Assembly (NCBI RefSeq): GCF_009914755.1
Contig: NC_060947.1
Source: the human T2T-CHM13v2.0 reference genome, Homo sapiens
DNA: 64,000 nt
Direction: 5' to 3' (one strand)
Shown here: in pieces, positions 1-19,109 of the stretch
Position numbering within the stretch: the stretch's first letter is position 1
Layout: every line of letters starts with the position of its first letter
Position numbers and translations under genes: made by a program
The notes under the pieces: generated by a model
The model's database searches: none
What the model saw: only the letters and a program-made list of their open reading frames with translations
What the model was told of the DNA's origin: nothing

Positions 1-364
1 CACAATAACCAATCAGTGACAAAATGAATGGTGGCCACATTCCCAGGGGATAGTTAAGGTTTCCCTGGGAGACATGCAAAGAGTAAGCCACCAAACCTGC
101 TATATTAACTCTTTCCTCACATGAGATTTCTTTATTGCTAATTCCCCATCACTGGGGTATGAACTGGAGTTGAGGTACAAGTCACAGAAATAAGGGAGTG
201 AAGAATAGGGATTGGGCACCATTTGACTTCTACTTCACCTATAAACAGGAGTTATTTGTCTTCGTGGAAATTATTCTCTTTTCCACTTAAAAAATATAAA
301 GACTAGACACCTCTGCTTTGTGTGGGCTTGCTTTCCCCCGATTATGTCAACCTTTCCAGCTCCT

Positions 365-830
365 GGAACAGGATCCAAAGTCCTCAGCATGATACACAGA
401 GCCCCACCTGATCTCCCCACCCCCGGGACCTCCCTGCCCTCATCTCCCACTGCCCTCCCCCTTCATGGCTCTGCTCCAGCCACGCTGGGGATCTTGAGTT
501 TCCTCACACACACCAGGCTGCCGCCAGCTTCAGGGCCTTAGCTGTCGCCATTCTCTTTGCCTGGAATGTTCTTAGAAATCCTCTTCACTGTCCCCTCATC
601 TCCTGCATGCCTCTCCTCAAAGGTCACCTCACTGGAGGCCTCCTGGCCACTGTATCTAAAACAGTAGCCCCTGCCATTCTCTGCACCCTTTCCTCACACC
701 TGACAATGTATTGTTATCCTGAATATTTAATTATTTTTTACCTGCTCCTCCTCCAACTCCCAATGAGAATGTCTGCACCATGGAGGCAGGGACTGTTTCT
801 GGTTCACGGCTAAGTCCCAAGGCCATGAAC
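365..830 (+). mobile_element. L2 (L2a-like) 3' fragment
   Basis: gcctggaatgttctt...aaggtcacc...ccatggaggcagggactgtt...gttcac matches the L2 3' end. Confidence 0.75.
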
Positions 831-1012
831 AAGAAGGGGACAGCTGTCACACTCTGCAGTAGTATATGATAGGCACACACATATCACATCACTTCTAGGA
901 CTGCTCACTCTCCAGTGTTCTGTCTTTCCAGTGGCTTGTTGCTGCTATTTTCTCTGTCATGCTCTTGGTCCATTTTCCCTTGCTCTCTTTCTTAATTGAC
1001 TATAATTATAGA

Positions 1013-1105
1013 AGTACATTACCAATCACTTCTAAGATGAACACTTGTTCACTTTTTAACATCTAGGACATTGGGATGCCCATTACGATCAATGGCATAT
1101 TGTAG
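1013..1105. mobile_element. MER104/Kanga-like (TcMar-Tc2) terminal fragment
   Basis: tctaagatgaacac...tttttaacatct...tgggatgcccattacgatcaatggc resembles the recalled MER104/Kanga terminus. Confidence 0.4.
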
Positions 1106-1144
1106 GGGATGATGAATAAATGGGGGACATAGTTATCAGTTTTT

Positions 1145-1740
1145 ACAAAAGAAAAACTGGTCATGTTACAGTGGAGAAATCCAGTAGATGCCACTTGAAC
1201 CAGCTAATTAAAGTTAACATAATGAATAAGATATATCAATATCCCATACCCTCAGATGTCATGCACATCATTTCTGCGTGTGGGTTTCTTTTTTATTTGT
1301 CAAAACCACATGATCTCAGTCTAATCATGAGAAAACATTCAACAAGCACAAGGTGAGATGTATTTTACAGAATAACTGACCAGTATTCATCCTAAGTGTC
1401 ATGGTCATGAAAGACAAGGAAAGACTGGGAAAGTGTCACAGGTTGGAGGAGACTAAGGAGATATAAGGAATAAATGCCATGTGGGATCCCAGATTGGATC
1501 CTGGAACAGAAAAATAACATTAGGAAGAAAATTGGTGACATTCAAATAAGGTCTTGAGTTTACTTAAGAATCTTGTACCAGTGATAATTCCCTGGTTTTG
1601 ATAACTGTGCAATGCATGGCATGTAAGTTGTTGACATTAGGGGAATCTGGATAAAAAGTATACAGGAGTTTCCTGTATCACTTTTGTAACTTTTCTGTAA
1701 GCCTAAAATTATTAATATTTCAAAATAAAATGTTTAAAAG
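1145..1740 (+). mobile_element. Old L1M (L1MC4-like) 3' UTR
   Basis: tacagtggagaaatcc...ctaatcatgagaaaacat...gtgggatcccagattggatcctggaacagaaaa...ttttctgtaagcctaaaatt. Confidence 0.75.
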
Positions 1741-1779
1741 GCGAGGCTGAACTATCAATATGTATTTGTTTGGGTACCA

Positions 1780-1858
1780 TTAGGTCGGTGCAGAAGTAAT
1801 TGCAGTTTTTGCCATTGCTTTCATGGCAAAAAACACAATTACTTCCGCACCAACCTAT
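1780..1858. mobile_element. MADE1 (Hsmar1-derived 80-bp MITE)
   Basis: Near-perfect inverted arms ttaggtcggtgcagaagtaattgcagtttttgccat and atggcaaaaaacacaattacttccgcaccaaccta. Confidence 0.92.
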
Positions 1859-4164
1859 AATTGTAATTCTATTTTCCTTTCAAAAGAGGTTTTTGAAATG
1901 TCCAAAATAGCATTGACTTTTACCAGTCAAAGATACTTCCCTTTAAAGGTTAGCATCATAGAAAATAGAGATCCTTAAATAAAATGTTATTTTCCTTGAC
2001 TCTCAAGATGACAGCTGCTGCTTATGTGTCTTTATAGTGTAGACAGACCTCTCTGATGGAGCTGATAAATGGTGCTAAGTCTTGCATAATCCAGTGACCC
2101 TTGGGATTGTGTTGCTAGGCATCTAGTTTCTGGTAAACTTTCCCTTGGCAAATAGGGATGAGTAAGTATTCAGTCAAAAATAGTCAAATTTTAAACTAAT
2201 GAAAACTGCTGTGACTAGTGTTGCTATTGCAGAATATACTGGTAACTTGGGCCAGTTTGACCTACAAGGATAGATTCATATCGATATGCTTATAATATTT
2301 GACAAGGTTTCACTTGTCAAAATATTATTTTTCTCGTGATCATATGTGATTTTGAAGACATGGCATGTGACTGTTTTATGTGCATTCCTTACCCAGTTCC
2401 CATTTTTTAAGGAATGTATATAGGTTAGCTTGAGTATCCTCTAACTATGTCTGCTGCTATGGCCTTTACCAGGAAATTCTTGGCACAAAACTACCCAAAG
2501 TGGTAAGAGGGGTGGACAGTTGTGATGGGTGTTGATCTGTCATAATGAAATAATGACAACATTTATATCCTTCCTGGATAAAAAGTGACTGATAACACAT
2601 TGCTTCAAGTATAAAGGGAAAGGTTCAAGACATCATGATATTGCTGAAGCAGAATAACTTGGCTATGAAAACAATCACAAAGATTGATTTCGTTTTAAAA
2701 ATGATGACCCTTCGTTAAATCCAAGGAACATTCACTAAAAATACCAACCTAGATCAATGGCAAACTGTAATATCAAGAAATTGGCATAGAATGGATTAAG
2801 CGATACTTTGAAGAAAACTTTGGAGACAGATTATGCCAAGTCCACAAGGCAACAGAGTCAAAAACAGCTGCATACCAACATGATATGAGACCATTCTATG
2901 TAGCTGGAAATTAATCCATGGACTACACTAGATTTCCATTTGAAGATGGTGCTGCCTTCATCACTGAGCACTCAACATTCATGGATTGATAGGCACAGCA
3001 CTTCAGCACAATACACAATCAGCCATCCAATTTGCCCTTCTTATTTTCATAACATTCCCTCATTATGAGGTGAGTTAGAACATTGTATCTGTTGTACCTG
3101 TTATTAAGGCAATAACCATCATCTGGTAGAGTAGCTAGTACTAATAGAATTCTTACACAACAACAACAAAACAAAACAAAAACAAAAGCAGCAGCCCAAA
3201 ACTCATCAAATGATTGTTTCAGTTATTTAATCACTCATGAGAGAAGAAATAGTACACAGATGAAGTTCAACAGTGTTTCAATTATAAAAACTCAGGAGAA
3301 GTAGGAAATGCTGCAGTAACCACTGAGGTATGTTATTTGTATATTATAGATATGATACTAGCACAATGCACATAGGTCAATTACCCTCAACTTAATTTAA
3401 CCTTCATGCATGTCATGGATAAGAACTACAAAGCTCTTGTGCAGACATGGAACTTTGTTTAATGTGCTATCTAAATGGCAAATTAAGTAATTGTTTGAAC
3501 GGCTTTACATATTTGAAATATTAAGGTTTTCACTAAAATATGAGAATGTAAGGATTATGTAAATCATCTTTACCCTGTGTGACTGGTCATCAGGATATTA
3601 ACATGATGCAAACATTACTTTAAAAACACTAGATACAGTGAGTAGACAACTTATTTAAATAATTAAGTGGCTTATTAATATTCATTGGCTATTATCTATT
3701 TTGTCTCTGAATTAAACACCTTCCAAGCTCTAAAGTTGTAGTGCAGCACGCATTTTGTAAACAGTCACCTTCCCTAGTACTTTTCTTCAAAATGTTTAGT
3801 TTATGGCACTCTTTTGCCTTTAAATGGAATTACTGACCTGAGTTTATTAATGATTAGGAAGATCACATGTCTCCTTTCACATTCTATGATGTTTGGAAAG
3901 ATAGAATTTACAAAGCCTGCAAGGAACTCTATATCAGAGTAACCATAAAAACAGTTATACTTAGCTTGAACAACTAATAACACACAGCAACTAGATTTGG
4001 TCATGTACATTTGGAACATGAGTTTGTAATTTTAAATAATAAGCCCTAACTAAATAGAACTTTGTTAAAGAATGCCTACAACAAACATTTAGTTGATAGG
4101 AAGAAAACCTTTTATTTAATTCACTTTTATATTGATATATGGTTTTCCATTTGTACTAGCTTAC

Positions 4165-4310
4165 TGCAATCTCCACAATAATCACAGAAGTTAGGTACAG
4201 AAGATACTATCTATCTGTTACAGATGAAGTTACTCAAGGATTGTGAGGTTAAGTTGCCCGAGGTCAGATACAGTAGTGAGGCTGGGACTGTACCCCAGAT
4301 CTCCTGAAAC
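4165..4310 (-). mobile_element. MIR
   Basis: tacagatgaagttact...gaggttaagttgcccgaggtca, the reverse of the MIR core. Confidence 0.65.
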
Positions 4311-4685
4311 AACAATGCAAAGTTTCTACTGCAGTTCCTGACCCTCTATATGGACCAGATGAAAGATACCTCATTTTTCCCCCAACTAACTCAGTATGCT
4401 TTTCCACTTCAAGGCACTGCCCAATCCTGTAGCTGCAGATTTAAATAATACACAAAATAATTGTAGATGAAACTTAAATGAAACCAAAATGAAGAAAACA
4501 AAATAAGTTCTTTAGTCATAATGTCTACCACAAATAAAAGCAATTCAGAGATTTTCAATGGTAGGAATTACCTTTATCTTTACAATAACAAGTTTCTATT
4601 CTTAAAATGGAATGGTCTGCAAAAAAAAACAAAAAACAAAAAACTAGTAATCACGAAATAAGTAAAAGTAACCCTTTAAGTACTA

Positions 4686-5032
4686 CAGGTTAAGCATCTT
4701 TAATCCAAAAACCTGAAGTATAAAATGCTCCAAAAGCCTCAACTTTTTAAGTGTCAACATGATGTCACATGGGTGGCTGAGATAATGACGCTTTTGTTTT
4801 CTGATAGCTGAATGTACACAACTTTGTTTCATGCACAAAATTATTTAAAATATTGTATAACATTACCTTCAGGCTATGTGTAAAAAGTGTATATAAAATG
4901 TAAATGAATTTCATGGTTAGACTGGAGTCCCATCCCCAAGATATCTCTTTATGGATATGCAAATATTCTAAAATCCAAAAAATCGAAAACACTTTCAGTC
5001 TCAAGCATTTCAGATAAGAGATACTTAACCTG
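4686..5032. mobile_element. Tigger4b/MER46-type non-autonomous DNA transposon
   Basis: TIRs CAGGTTAAGCATCT and AGATACTTAACCTG, each flanked by a TA target duplication (4684-85, 5033-34). Internal sequence matches the Tigger4 family. Confidence 0.85.
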
Positions 5033-5919
5033 TATATCGCTTAAGAAAATGTTTCCTGAGGAAACCATCACACGAAGGGATACATCTCTGTTAGCCAATG
5101 CAGCCATAAATAAAAATGTTAATGAGGTAAAATTGGTCATGATGAAGGTAAAACAATATCAAGAAACTGAAAAAGTTCTTGTTAAGCTTAATTCATTTTG
5201 ACATATTTTGAAAAAAGTCTCAGATGCATTGTAGCAAATCTTAATTAAACCAGAAATCCATTATAATTTATTGCTTCTATGTTTTAATTTATACTTTTTA
5301 TCCTTAATTTAAGGATAACTATGAATAACACATGAAAATCAGTGCATTTTCTTTTTCTGCAATCATATACATCCTGTCCTATATAATACCTCATCTGGCC
5401 TCATATTTTGTTTATAATCTAGTATGTAATACTCAGGCTTGATGACCTTAGTAATAGGACTTTCCTTACAAAATATACTCACAAATCTGAAATTGGTCAA
5501 TCATCTGTCCAGGAGGAAAATTAAGTGAACCTAGTTTTGTAGCAATACGTTTAAGTTAAAGGTTCAAAATATACTTTGAGACGCTTCAAAATGCCATAAT
5601 TTTCCTTCTGGAACCCTTATACTCCCTCAGTCTGACTTTAGTTATCCTCTGAAAGCTGACAAGTCCCTCCTAAGTGCATTTTGGTACTATGGATAATATG
5701 CTATAATTCAGTGAAGGGCTTCTCTAGGTTACATGGGGATTATGATCACTGTAACATCTAAATCATATACAAAAAAGTAAACGATAGCAAGGCTACAATC
5801 CCTCACTCCTACAAAAATTCTTCAATTTTTATTCTTTAAGTATATCTGTTTTGATAAGTGGTAAGTGGTCTTTGGTGGAATGAGCTTTAGACTTGGCTTA
5901 GCTCTACAAACACAAAGAC

Positions 5920-5977
5920 TTAAGACATTTTGTCGTTAAGACATTCTGACTTTAAGACCTTCTATCTTGACATTCTG
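5920..5977. repeat. Degenerate ~16-bp tandem repeat, about 4 copies (TTAAGACATTCTG core)
   Basis: Units ttaagacattttgtcg, ttaagacattctgact, ttaagaccttctatc, ttgacattctg. Confidence 0.7.
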
Positions 5978-6107
5978 TTTTTTTGTTAAAAAAACAAAAT
6001 TTATCACTTTCATGCTATTATTAATTTTACTCATTTCAAAGCACATCATATTTCAAAAAACATAGAAATCAACAAATTTAAATTATGTGCATTCAGATGG
6101 GACTCAC

Positions 6108-6284
6108 CTTTAGAGAATCAAAACAGGCCACCACACGACCATTTTCCACATGGCAAACTCTTGGTGGATGGGCAAACTTGCAATCTGCATCAGCTCGAGA
6201 GCAAGTTCCTCTCTGAAATTCTCTACAGACTTCTAAAGTCAGCCACTTGGTATCACGAATCAGGGCAACATTGACAGCCGTCAT
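6108..6284 (-). CDS. MBNL3: MBNL3 first coding exon, CDS part (59 codons; CCCH zinc finger 1 and start of finger 2)
   Basis: ATG at 6284-6282 gives [59 protein letters not shown], the muscleblind N-terminus with MBNL3-type residues. It ends at a phase-0 donor AAG|GTGAGT (6108/6107). The ORF-track start at 6308 is TTG, not ATG. Confidence 0.97.
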
Positions 6285-6987
6285 ATTGAAAGCAAAATTA
6301 AAATCCAATGTACCCTCTTTAGGACAATATTACTGTGGACTATTAAAGGATTAAAAATGAATTCAAACTAAGTGCGAAGAGATAACAGGTTGCTTTGGTG
6401 AAATGTCTATTTGTTAACACTTAGGTTTTCATTAAAGTCAAATCTGGTCTAGTCAAACAAAAAGCCAATCATAAAAACTATCAGAATAACTAAAAATGAA
6501 ATTAGAGACCAACTCTTAAGAAGCCAACTGTTAAGATAATGAATGCTTTATTTTGTTCCTTTGCCGAATTTATGTTAAATAACCGGCAGACTTTCAAAAG
6601 AATTCTGGGCTCTGCAGTTGATGTTTTCAATTATTCTTGCAAAAAACATATGCTGCTGGCTGCCCTTCGATTTGTGGAATGGTCTCAGATCAGGGGGAGA
6701 AAAGTTTTTCTCCCTATTTATTAGCTTTAAATAACAAGATTGGGAAGGATGTTAGAACCCAAAAAAAGTTTCGTTGCAAAATCAAGTGGAGGGAAAATGA
6801 CTAAGAAAATTGAGAATCACAGAAAAAAGAAATGGACCAGCTGCTGACAGTAAACTACAAGCACACCAGGTTCGGCGGGGAGGTGGAGAGGGCAGGGAAC
6901 GGTATGGTAGGGAGAGGGGTTTATAAAGAGACAGCTCTAGAGTAGAATCCAAGCAGCAGAGTTTTCAGAAAAGGCACTTTTCAGAAC
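6108..6987 (-). other. MBNL3: Whole MBNL3 exon 2 (880 nt: 703 nt 5'UTR + 177 nt CDS)
   Basis: Minus-strand acceptor gctaattttatttatttttttcttgcAG|GTTCTG (AG at 6989-6988) with a CTAAT branch-like motif near 7012. Donor at 6108/6107. A large first coding exon is typical of MBNL paralogues. Confidence 0.85.
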
Positions 6988-8248
6988 CTGCAAGAAAAAA
7001 ATAAATAAAATTAGCTAAAATAATACAATGCTTCCGTTTCAAACTCTAGATTTGGAAAAGAAGTAACTATATCCTATTTAAAACAGGAAGCATCTAGATA
7101 CTGACAGTGCAACATAGTACAGTCAGCCATTGTCAATAAAAAGGGCATTTCCCAGTATAAAACTGTATAGTAAAAGCAAGCAACTGCTTAGATTTACTGT
7201 TGTAGTACAAGACTAGGCAACAACCTCACATGAGGTGGGGTGGAGGATGGAAACGTAAAATGTGCTTCAGATAAAGAAAAAAGTCATCTGAAAAGATTTT
7301 TTTTTTTCTGTGTAGGCTCCTTAGTCTCTATGAAGGGAAATTGGAGCAACTCAGAAGAAGGTTTCAGCATATACAAACAAGTGAGACAGAATGTGCTGTT
7401 TAATGAAATAGATTAAATATTATGCAGCTTTAAAGTATGCAGTTTAACTCAGTGTGAACCAGCTACAATTTCTAGCAACAGCTGAGAAGATACAGGAAAG
7501 GTTAATTTATTGGCATATGCCATAAACACATACTGAAATAGCATTAACGCAAAAGTGAGCTCTGAGTATTAGAAAAATCAAATAACTGTTAACTTCATCA
7601 AAAAGTGAGATTAAAGTTCTTAAAAATATTTCATTTAATTTTTTCAACAATATTTTCAACAATTTTACAAAATCTAAATCTTCTCTTTGTCTTTTCCATA
7701 TTCAAGATGCAATTAAGTATCACCTGACTTTTCAAATATCATTGAGAAATTAAATACCTAGAAAGTTCAAGCAAGCTTATCTACTCAAGAGCAAAACATG
7801 TTTTTCTCTGAGTCATTCTTCATGGAAATCATTCTAAAATGTATTCTGTGTAACTTTGCCTTCTTAAAAAATATCAAACATAATTTGGCCTCTAATTAAA
7901 GACTTGGGACCATTAATGTATTAGGAAGTATAATAGTTCTCCTCTTTAAGTGGCAGACTGTTGTCATATCCACTGTCACTTCTCTGTCACAATATCTACC
8001 ACAGTGAATTTTCCAGCTCTCTTCCAAAAAACCTAATAGCCAGTCATGAATGTTGAATAACAATTAGTTACCCACTGAATGAGGGGCCTGTGGAACAAGA
8101 TGCAGAGCTTTCTTGCAGAAGTTCTATGACTGCTCTTACTTCTATGCAGGCCCTTCTGCATCAAGTTACATGCAGGACCATGTTCTAGAGCGTTGAAGTT
8201 GCAGGCAAATGACTTCTAGGAAAAGTATTTTAAAAATAACCTGATGAT

Positions 8249-8965
8249 AGAAATGCAAAACAAAATCACAATGTGATGACCACTCTCATTAGTCTAACTA
8301 TAATTTTAAAAACAGAAAAATTGGAGAAATTTGAACCCTCATACATCGTGGCTGGGAATATGAAATGTTGCAGTTGCTATGGCAAACTGTCTGACAGTTC
8401 CTCACTTCCGCAACTCAGTATATACCCAAAGTATCTGAAAACAAGTGATAAAGAAATCCTCCTACATGAATGTTCATAGCAACACTATTCATAATAGCCA
8501 AAAGTGGAAATAACCTAAGTGTCCATTACCAGATGAATGGATAAACAAAATGTGGTATATCCACACAATGGAATGTTATTTGGCCACAAATAGGAATGAA
8601 GGACTGATGCATGCTACCAGAAGGTTGAACCTTGAAAACATTATGTTAAGTGAAAGAACTCTGTCACAAAAGGCCACATATTGTATGATTCCATTTATAT
8701 GAAACGTTCAGAGTAGCCAAATCTACAGAGACAGAAGGTAGATTAGTGGTTGCCAGGGGATGGGAAGAGGGGATAAGGGCGAATGACTGCTTAATGGGTA
8801 CAGAGTCTCCTTTAGGGGGTGATGAAAATGTTTTGGAATTAGATAGTGGTGATGATTGCATGATTTTTGAAATACCATAACCCAGTCACTGAATTGTACA
8901 CTTTAAATAGATGAATTGGGTAATATGTGAATTACATCCCAATAAAGCTGTTATGTATTTTTTAA
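8249..8965 (+). mobile_element. L1MB-type 3' end
   Basis: ggataaacaaaatgtggtatatccacacaatggaat...gattccatttatatgaaac...gggggtgatgaaaatgttttggaattagatagtggtgatg...caataaagctgtt. Confidence 0.85.
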
Positions 8966-10169
8966 AAAGTCTAAAGAGACATGACAATCAAAAACAGCCT
9001 GACTAGTGATGGGATTAGCTATCCCAAGCTTTCTGAGTTTCTCCTTAGCCAGAGATTTTTCTCAGTAGTGTTACTAAGTTGAATTTCAAGAGTAAATTCA
9101 TTTCCACACTGTAACTGACTTAATGTATTATGAAAAGTACTCTGAAAGAGTATGATATTCCAACCTAATCCCACAACCCAATTATATAGTCTGCCTGAAC
9201 ACATTTGGAAGGAAAATGACAAAAAAGATCTATCTATCTATACAAGATCTGCTCAAAACATAAACAGTGAGGGTCTGGAGACTTTTTCTACAGAGGTCCA
9301 TCAAGTATAGAAACATAATAAATGATACATGTGAATTCTGAACTTTTACAAATGAAAACTGCAAAAAAGAATTGGCTTCTGGCCATGCATTTTATTCAGA
9401 GATAGGGGAAGAAGGAATTTTCTTTTTTCTTTTTCTTTTTAAAAATTTTGGCCTGTAACCTATGATGAAGCCCTGGCCAATTCTTCAAAGCATTTCTAGC
9501 CACCACGTCTTCCTTCAGACTGGAACTATTTTAGCGGCTGACTCAGAAGAAACTAAGTGCAACACTCAAGGGAGCTGGCGCAAAGATGGGGAGAAGTTCT
9601 CTCATGCAGCTCTGTTTGTCTATGTATAAAAGACAGGGAGAAGTGTCAGTTGTCTCTGTATTCTTAAGATCAGTTTTGTTTTGGGGATAATACAGCTTTA
9701 TCTTCACTTCCTTAGACTTAAGTAATAGGAATACAGTTCTGCTTCTTAAGATTTATAGTCCTCTAAAGCAGAACATGAAAAGTTACCATTTCTTAGTGCA
9801 TTTGTACTTTATTGTACTTGCAGGTTTACAAGTGCTTGTATTTCATTGATGTTTCGATCTCTCAAAAATATTCTAAAGCATAAGTGATAACCCAAAACAC
9901 TGATGACTGAAATGAAGCTCATAGAGGTTAAATTACTTATTCGAAGTTACAAAGCCTGGTGGTAGAGCCATGACTCCAGGCAAGATCTTCTGACTCCAAA
10001 TCTCATGCACAGATTCTAGCTGAGAAATGTCATAGATAGCATTGCTTATCTCTCCTGGGAATCTTAAACAAGAGAAACCTGTCATTTTTGTAGAGTACTT
10101 ATGGTTCATTCTCAGAATTACATTCATGCCTGATGTATCAACATTTTCATAATCTCCGTAAGTTGTGCT

Positions 10170-10270
10170 CAACCAACATTTATCTAGCATCTACTATGTG
10201 CCAGGCATTGTTCTAGTTACTGAACAAGACTTGATAAGGTCCTTGCTCCCGTGGAACATGCTATGCTCAT
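10170..10270 (-). mobile_element. L2 3' fragment
   Basis: caacatttatctagcatctactatgtgccaggcattgttctag. Confidence 0.65.
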
Positions 10271-10529
10271 TTAAATAGAGAAGTAACTTGATGTACAAGG
10301 AAATGAAATGAGTATTAGAATTTATGAAGAGCTGGAAGTAAACACTAGGAATTCTGACTTCAGTACAAACTTCTAACTCACCATGAATGATACACCAAGC
10401 ACTATGATTTAAGAATACTCTTAAACGCACACTCAAACACTACTGCATAGAAGTTAAGTCATCAAGAGGAATACCTTGGAATTACATTGAGACTTATTGC
10501 TCCCCATATTTCTCTTGGAGAGGGAAACT

Positions 10530-10700
10530 ACTGTTCTCATTTTACAGATGGGGAAATGAGGGTGGAGAAAGGTTGAGTAATTTAACTTGCACAACTTCAT
10601 GAAGCTAGCAGGTCATCAAGCCATGGTTCAAACTCAAGCAGCCTGACTCCAGAGTCCGCCCCCCCCCCCCCCCACCTACTTAACCATACCACAATACTGT
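10530..10700 (-). mobile_element. MIR containing a C15 run
   Basis: catttttacagatggggaaatgagg...ttcaaactcaagcagcctgactccagagtcc-like MIR core; C15 at 10659-10673. Confidence 0.7.
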
Positions 10701-12452
10701 GTTACTCTTATGGCATCTATCATATTCTTCCTCATGCTTGCTGACTGGGCCCCTTAACCTTTTCTCCCTTATTAGATTTAAACTGCTTGAGCATAGAGAT
10801 CATGTCTTGCTCAGCATTGCTGGCTCTATCTTGTCACTGGGGGTTACAGTAGCATTCCCCAGGTTTTTTGTTTTGAAAACTATAAAGATTAAATAGTAAT
10901 TTAACATTAACCCTTCTGTTGTATCACACTAGAAAAGAGTTTTGTCAGTTGGGCATCCTCTAGGCTAGCTGAGCTTTGGCCACCTCTGTTAGTTTTGAAT
11001 CGATTGGACCTGTGAAGTTGAATATTTTCTCACAATCCTAGCCTTCAAATTGGGATGACAATATCTAGGATTCTTCATATACAGTGCATTCATTCTCCAC
11101 AAAGAATGACCTATTCCTGTCCATTTGATAGCAACAAGATCGTATAAAAATATGAAATTCCCAGATGATTTCTGTTTGTGTCTTTGGATAGTATGTTCAT
11201 CTTTGGAATGTTTTTGCTCAATAATAGGTATGATGAAACTGAACTGGTGGTGGGAGTAAGGGTGGGGGAGATTTCTCTCTGATCCACAGGAAGAAACCTT
11301 TCATAAGTATTCTTCCATGAAAATAAAATAGTTAATTTTGACTTTGAATTGATGCTCATCTATAAGAGTCCTAGACAAGACACAATATAAGGAAAATGTA
11401 GAAACTTATATTTTAAAATTACATACATAATAGATTCTCTATTAAGTGCAACCTTTGAAAAAAAAGAACTGCAGATTTTATTATTTTTAAGAATTCACAT
11501 TCTCATGGAAGTTATCTTGAAAGTAAAACAAGAGAAGAAAGACATGTTTTCTTCTAATCTAATGGAAACAGTAACTTGTCCTAGAGCTGTTTGCAAGGCC
11601 ACTGCCATCAGCTACTTTTGCCCCAGTTTTCCTATACTTTCCTTGTCTCCTACTTTCTTTTGCCTCCCCTCCACAAACCAGCACATAACAAGAACACTGC
11701 CAGTGCCTGGTCCAGAAGATCACAAAGATATTTGGCACCTAAACCAATCACTAAAGAGGTCTTCCTTTAAATGCATTTATCAACCCCTGAATAAACAATG
11801 AAAACAATGTTTTCTTTGTTTCCATTTTAAGCTTTCCTTACATCTGTATTACTTCTGAATTTCTTGTGGTCATTTATTTTGGCTCTACAAATATATGACA
11901 CACCTGCCATACACTGCTTGAATTGGATGGCTGACAAGATTTAAAAGCCTTCAAGTTTTCAAATTTGCTTCAAGTTCTATTTCCCTCACGTGTTTTCGTT
12001 AGTGGTCCACCACCACACGTTCTGTAAGGAATATAAGAGGTGCTCAGCACAGCAGATGGAAACCATGATTTCATAGGCATCCTATGGAAAACCAAGTCTT
12101 CTGTCCAGAAAAAAAAAATTGTCGTAAAAAATAAGGATATTTTGCCTACAGAACTTTTTCATTAACTTTTTTTTAAAGCTTTGCTGCATTTTTTCATAAT
12201 ACTCCTGGGATAGTAAATTCCATATGTCTTTTTTCAAAAAGCAGGTAAGTCAACTTATTCTATTTTGCAAAACAATTAAACACCCCAACTCAGTTCATAC
12301 ATATAATCATAAAAGGAAAAAATAGGTGCAACAGTGTCTCTTTTGAAAATCACTTTAGCAATGGATAAAATAATGTTACTGGCACATCTTTTTTAAAAAG
12401 ATGTGTCCATTTTTAAATAGTACAAGAACTTGCTAATAAATGCCATTTAAAG

Positions 12453-18800
<6,348 letters not shown>

Positions 18801-19109
18801 CCAGAATCCACCACTTAAATATGTTAAACTAGCCCAATTTAATATAAAACAGCTGAAAACCTGGATCCTAAACATAGTTGTTATTAAATCACACTCATTA
18901 AGTGCTTGCGTATGTGCATGTGACAGAAATCCCAGTGCCATTAAAAGGTCTTCTTTCACCAAAAACTGGATTTCAACTTGAAGACAACAGGAAGCTTGAC
19001 ACATTTGGCACTTCCAATCCTATAATACTCAAGCATTTGAGATGAATGAAATACTAAATGGGTTCCAAGACTGATTCCATTTAATATACGTGGGGTGATT
19101 TTGCTGACA

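Noticed and set aside
1860-3100. Possible continuation of an ancient TcMar element interrupted by the L1M and MADE1
   Set aside because: Resemblance is too weak to call by eye and needs a Dfam search.
6093-6107. C-terminal VSPI* of the MBNL3 ORF
   Set aside because: Read-through into the intron past the GTGAGT donor.
6285-6308. N-terminal extension MDFNFAFN in the ORF track
   Set aside because: It starts at TTG. The recognised MBNL3 start is the ATG at 6284.
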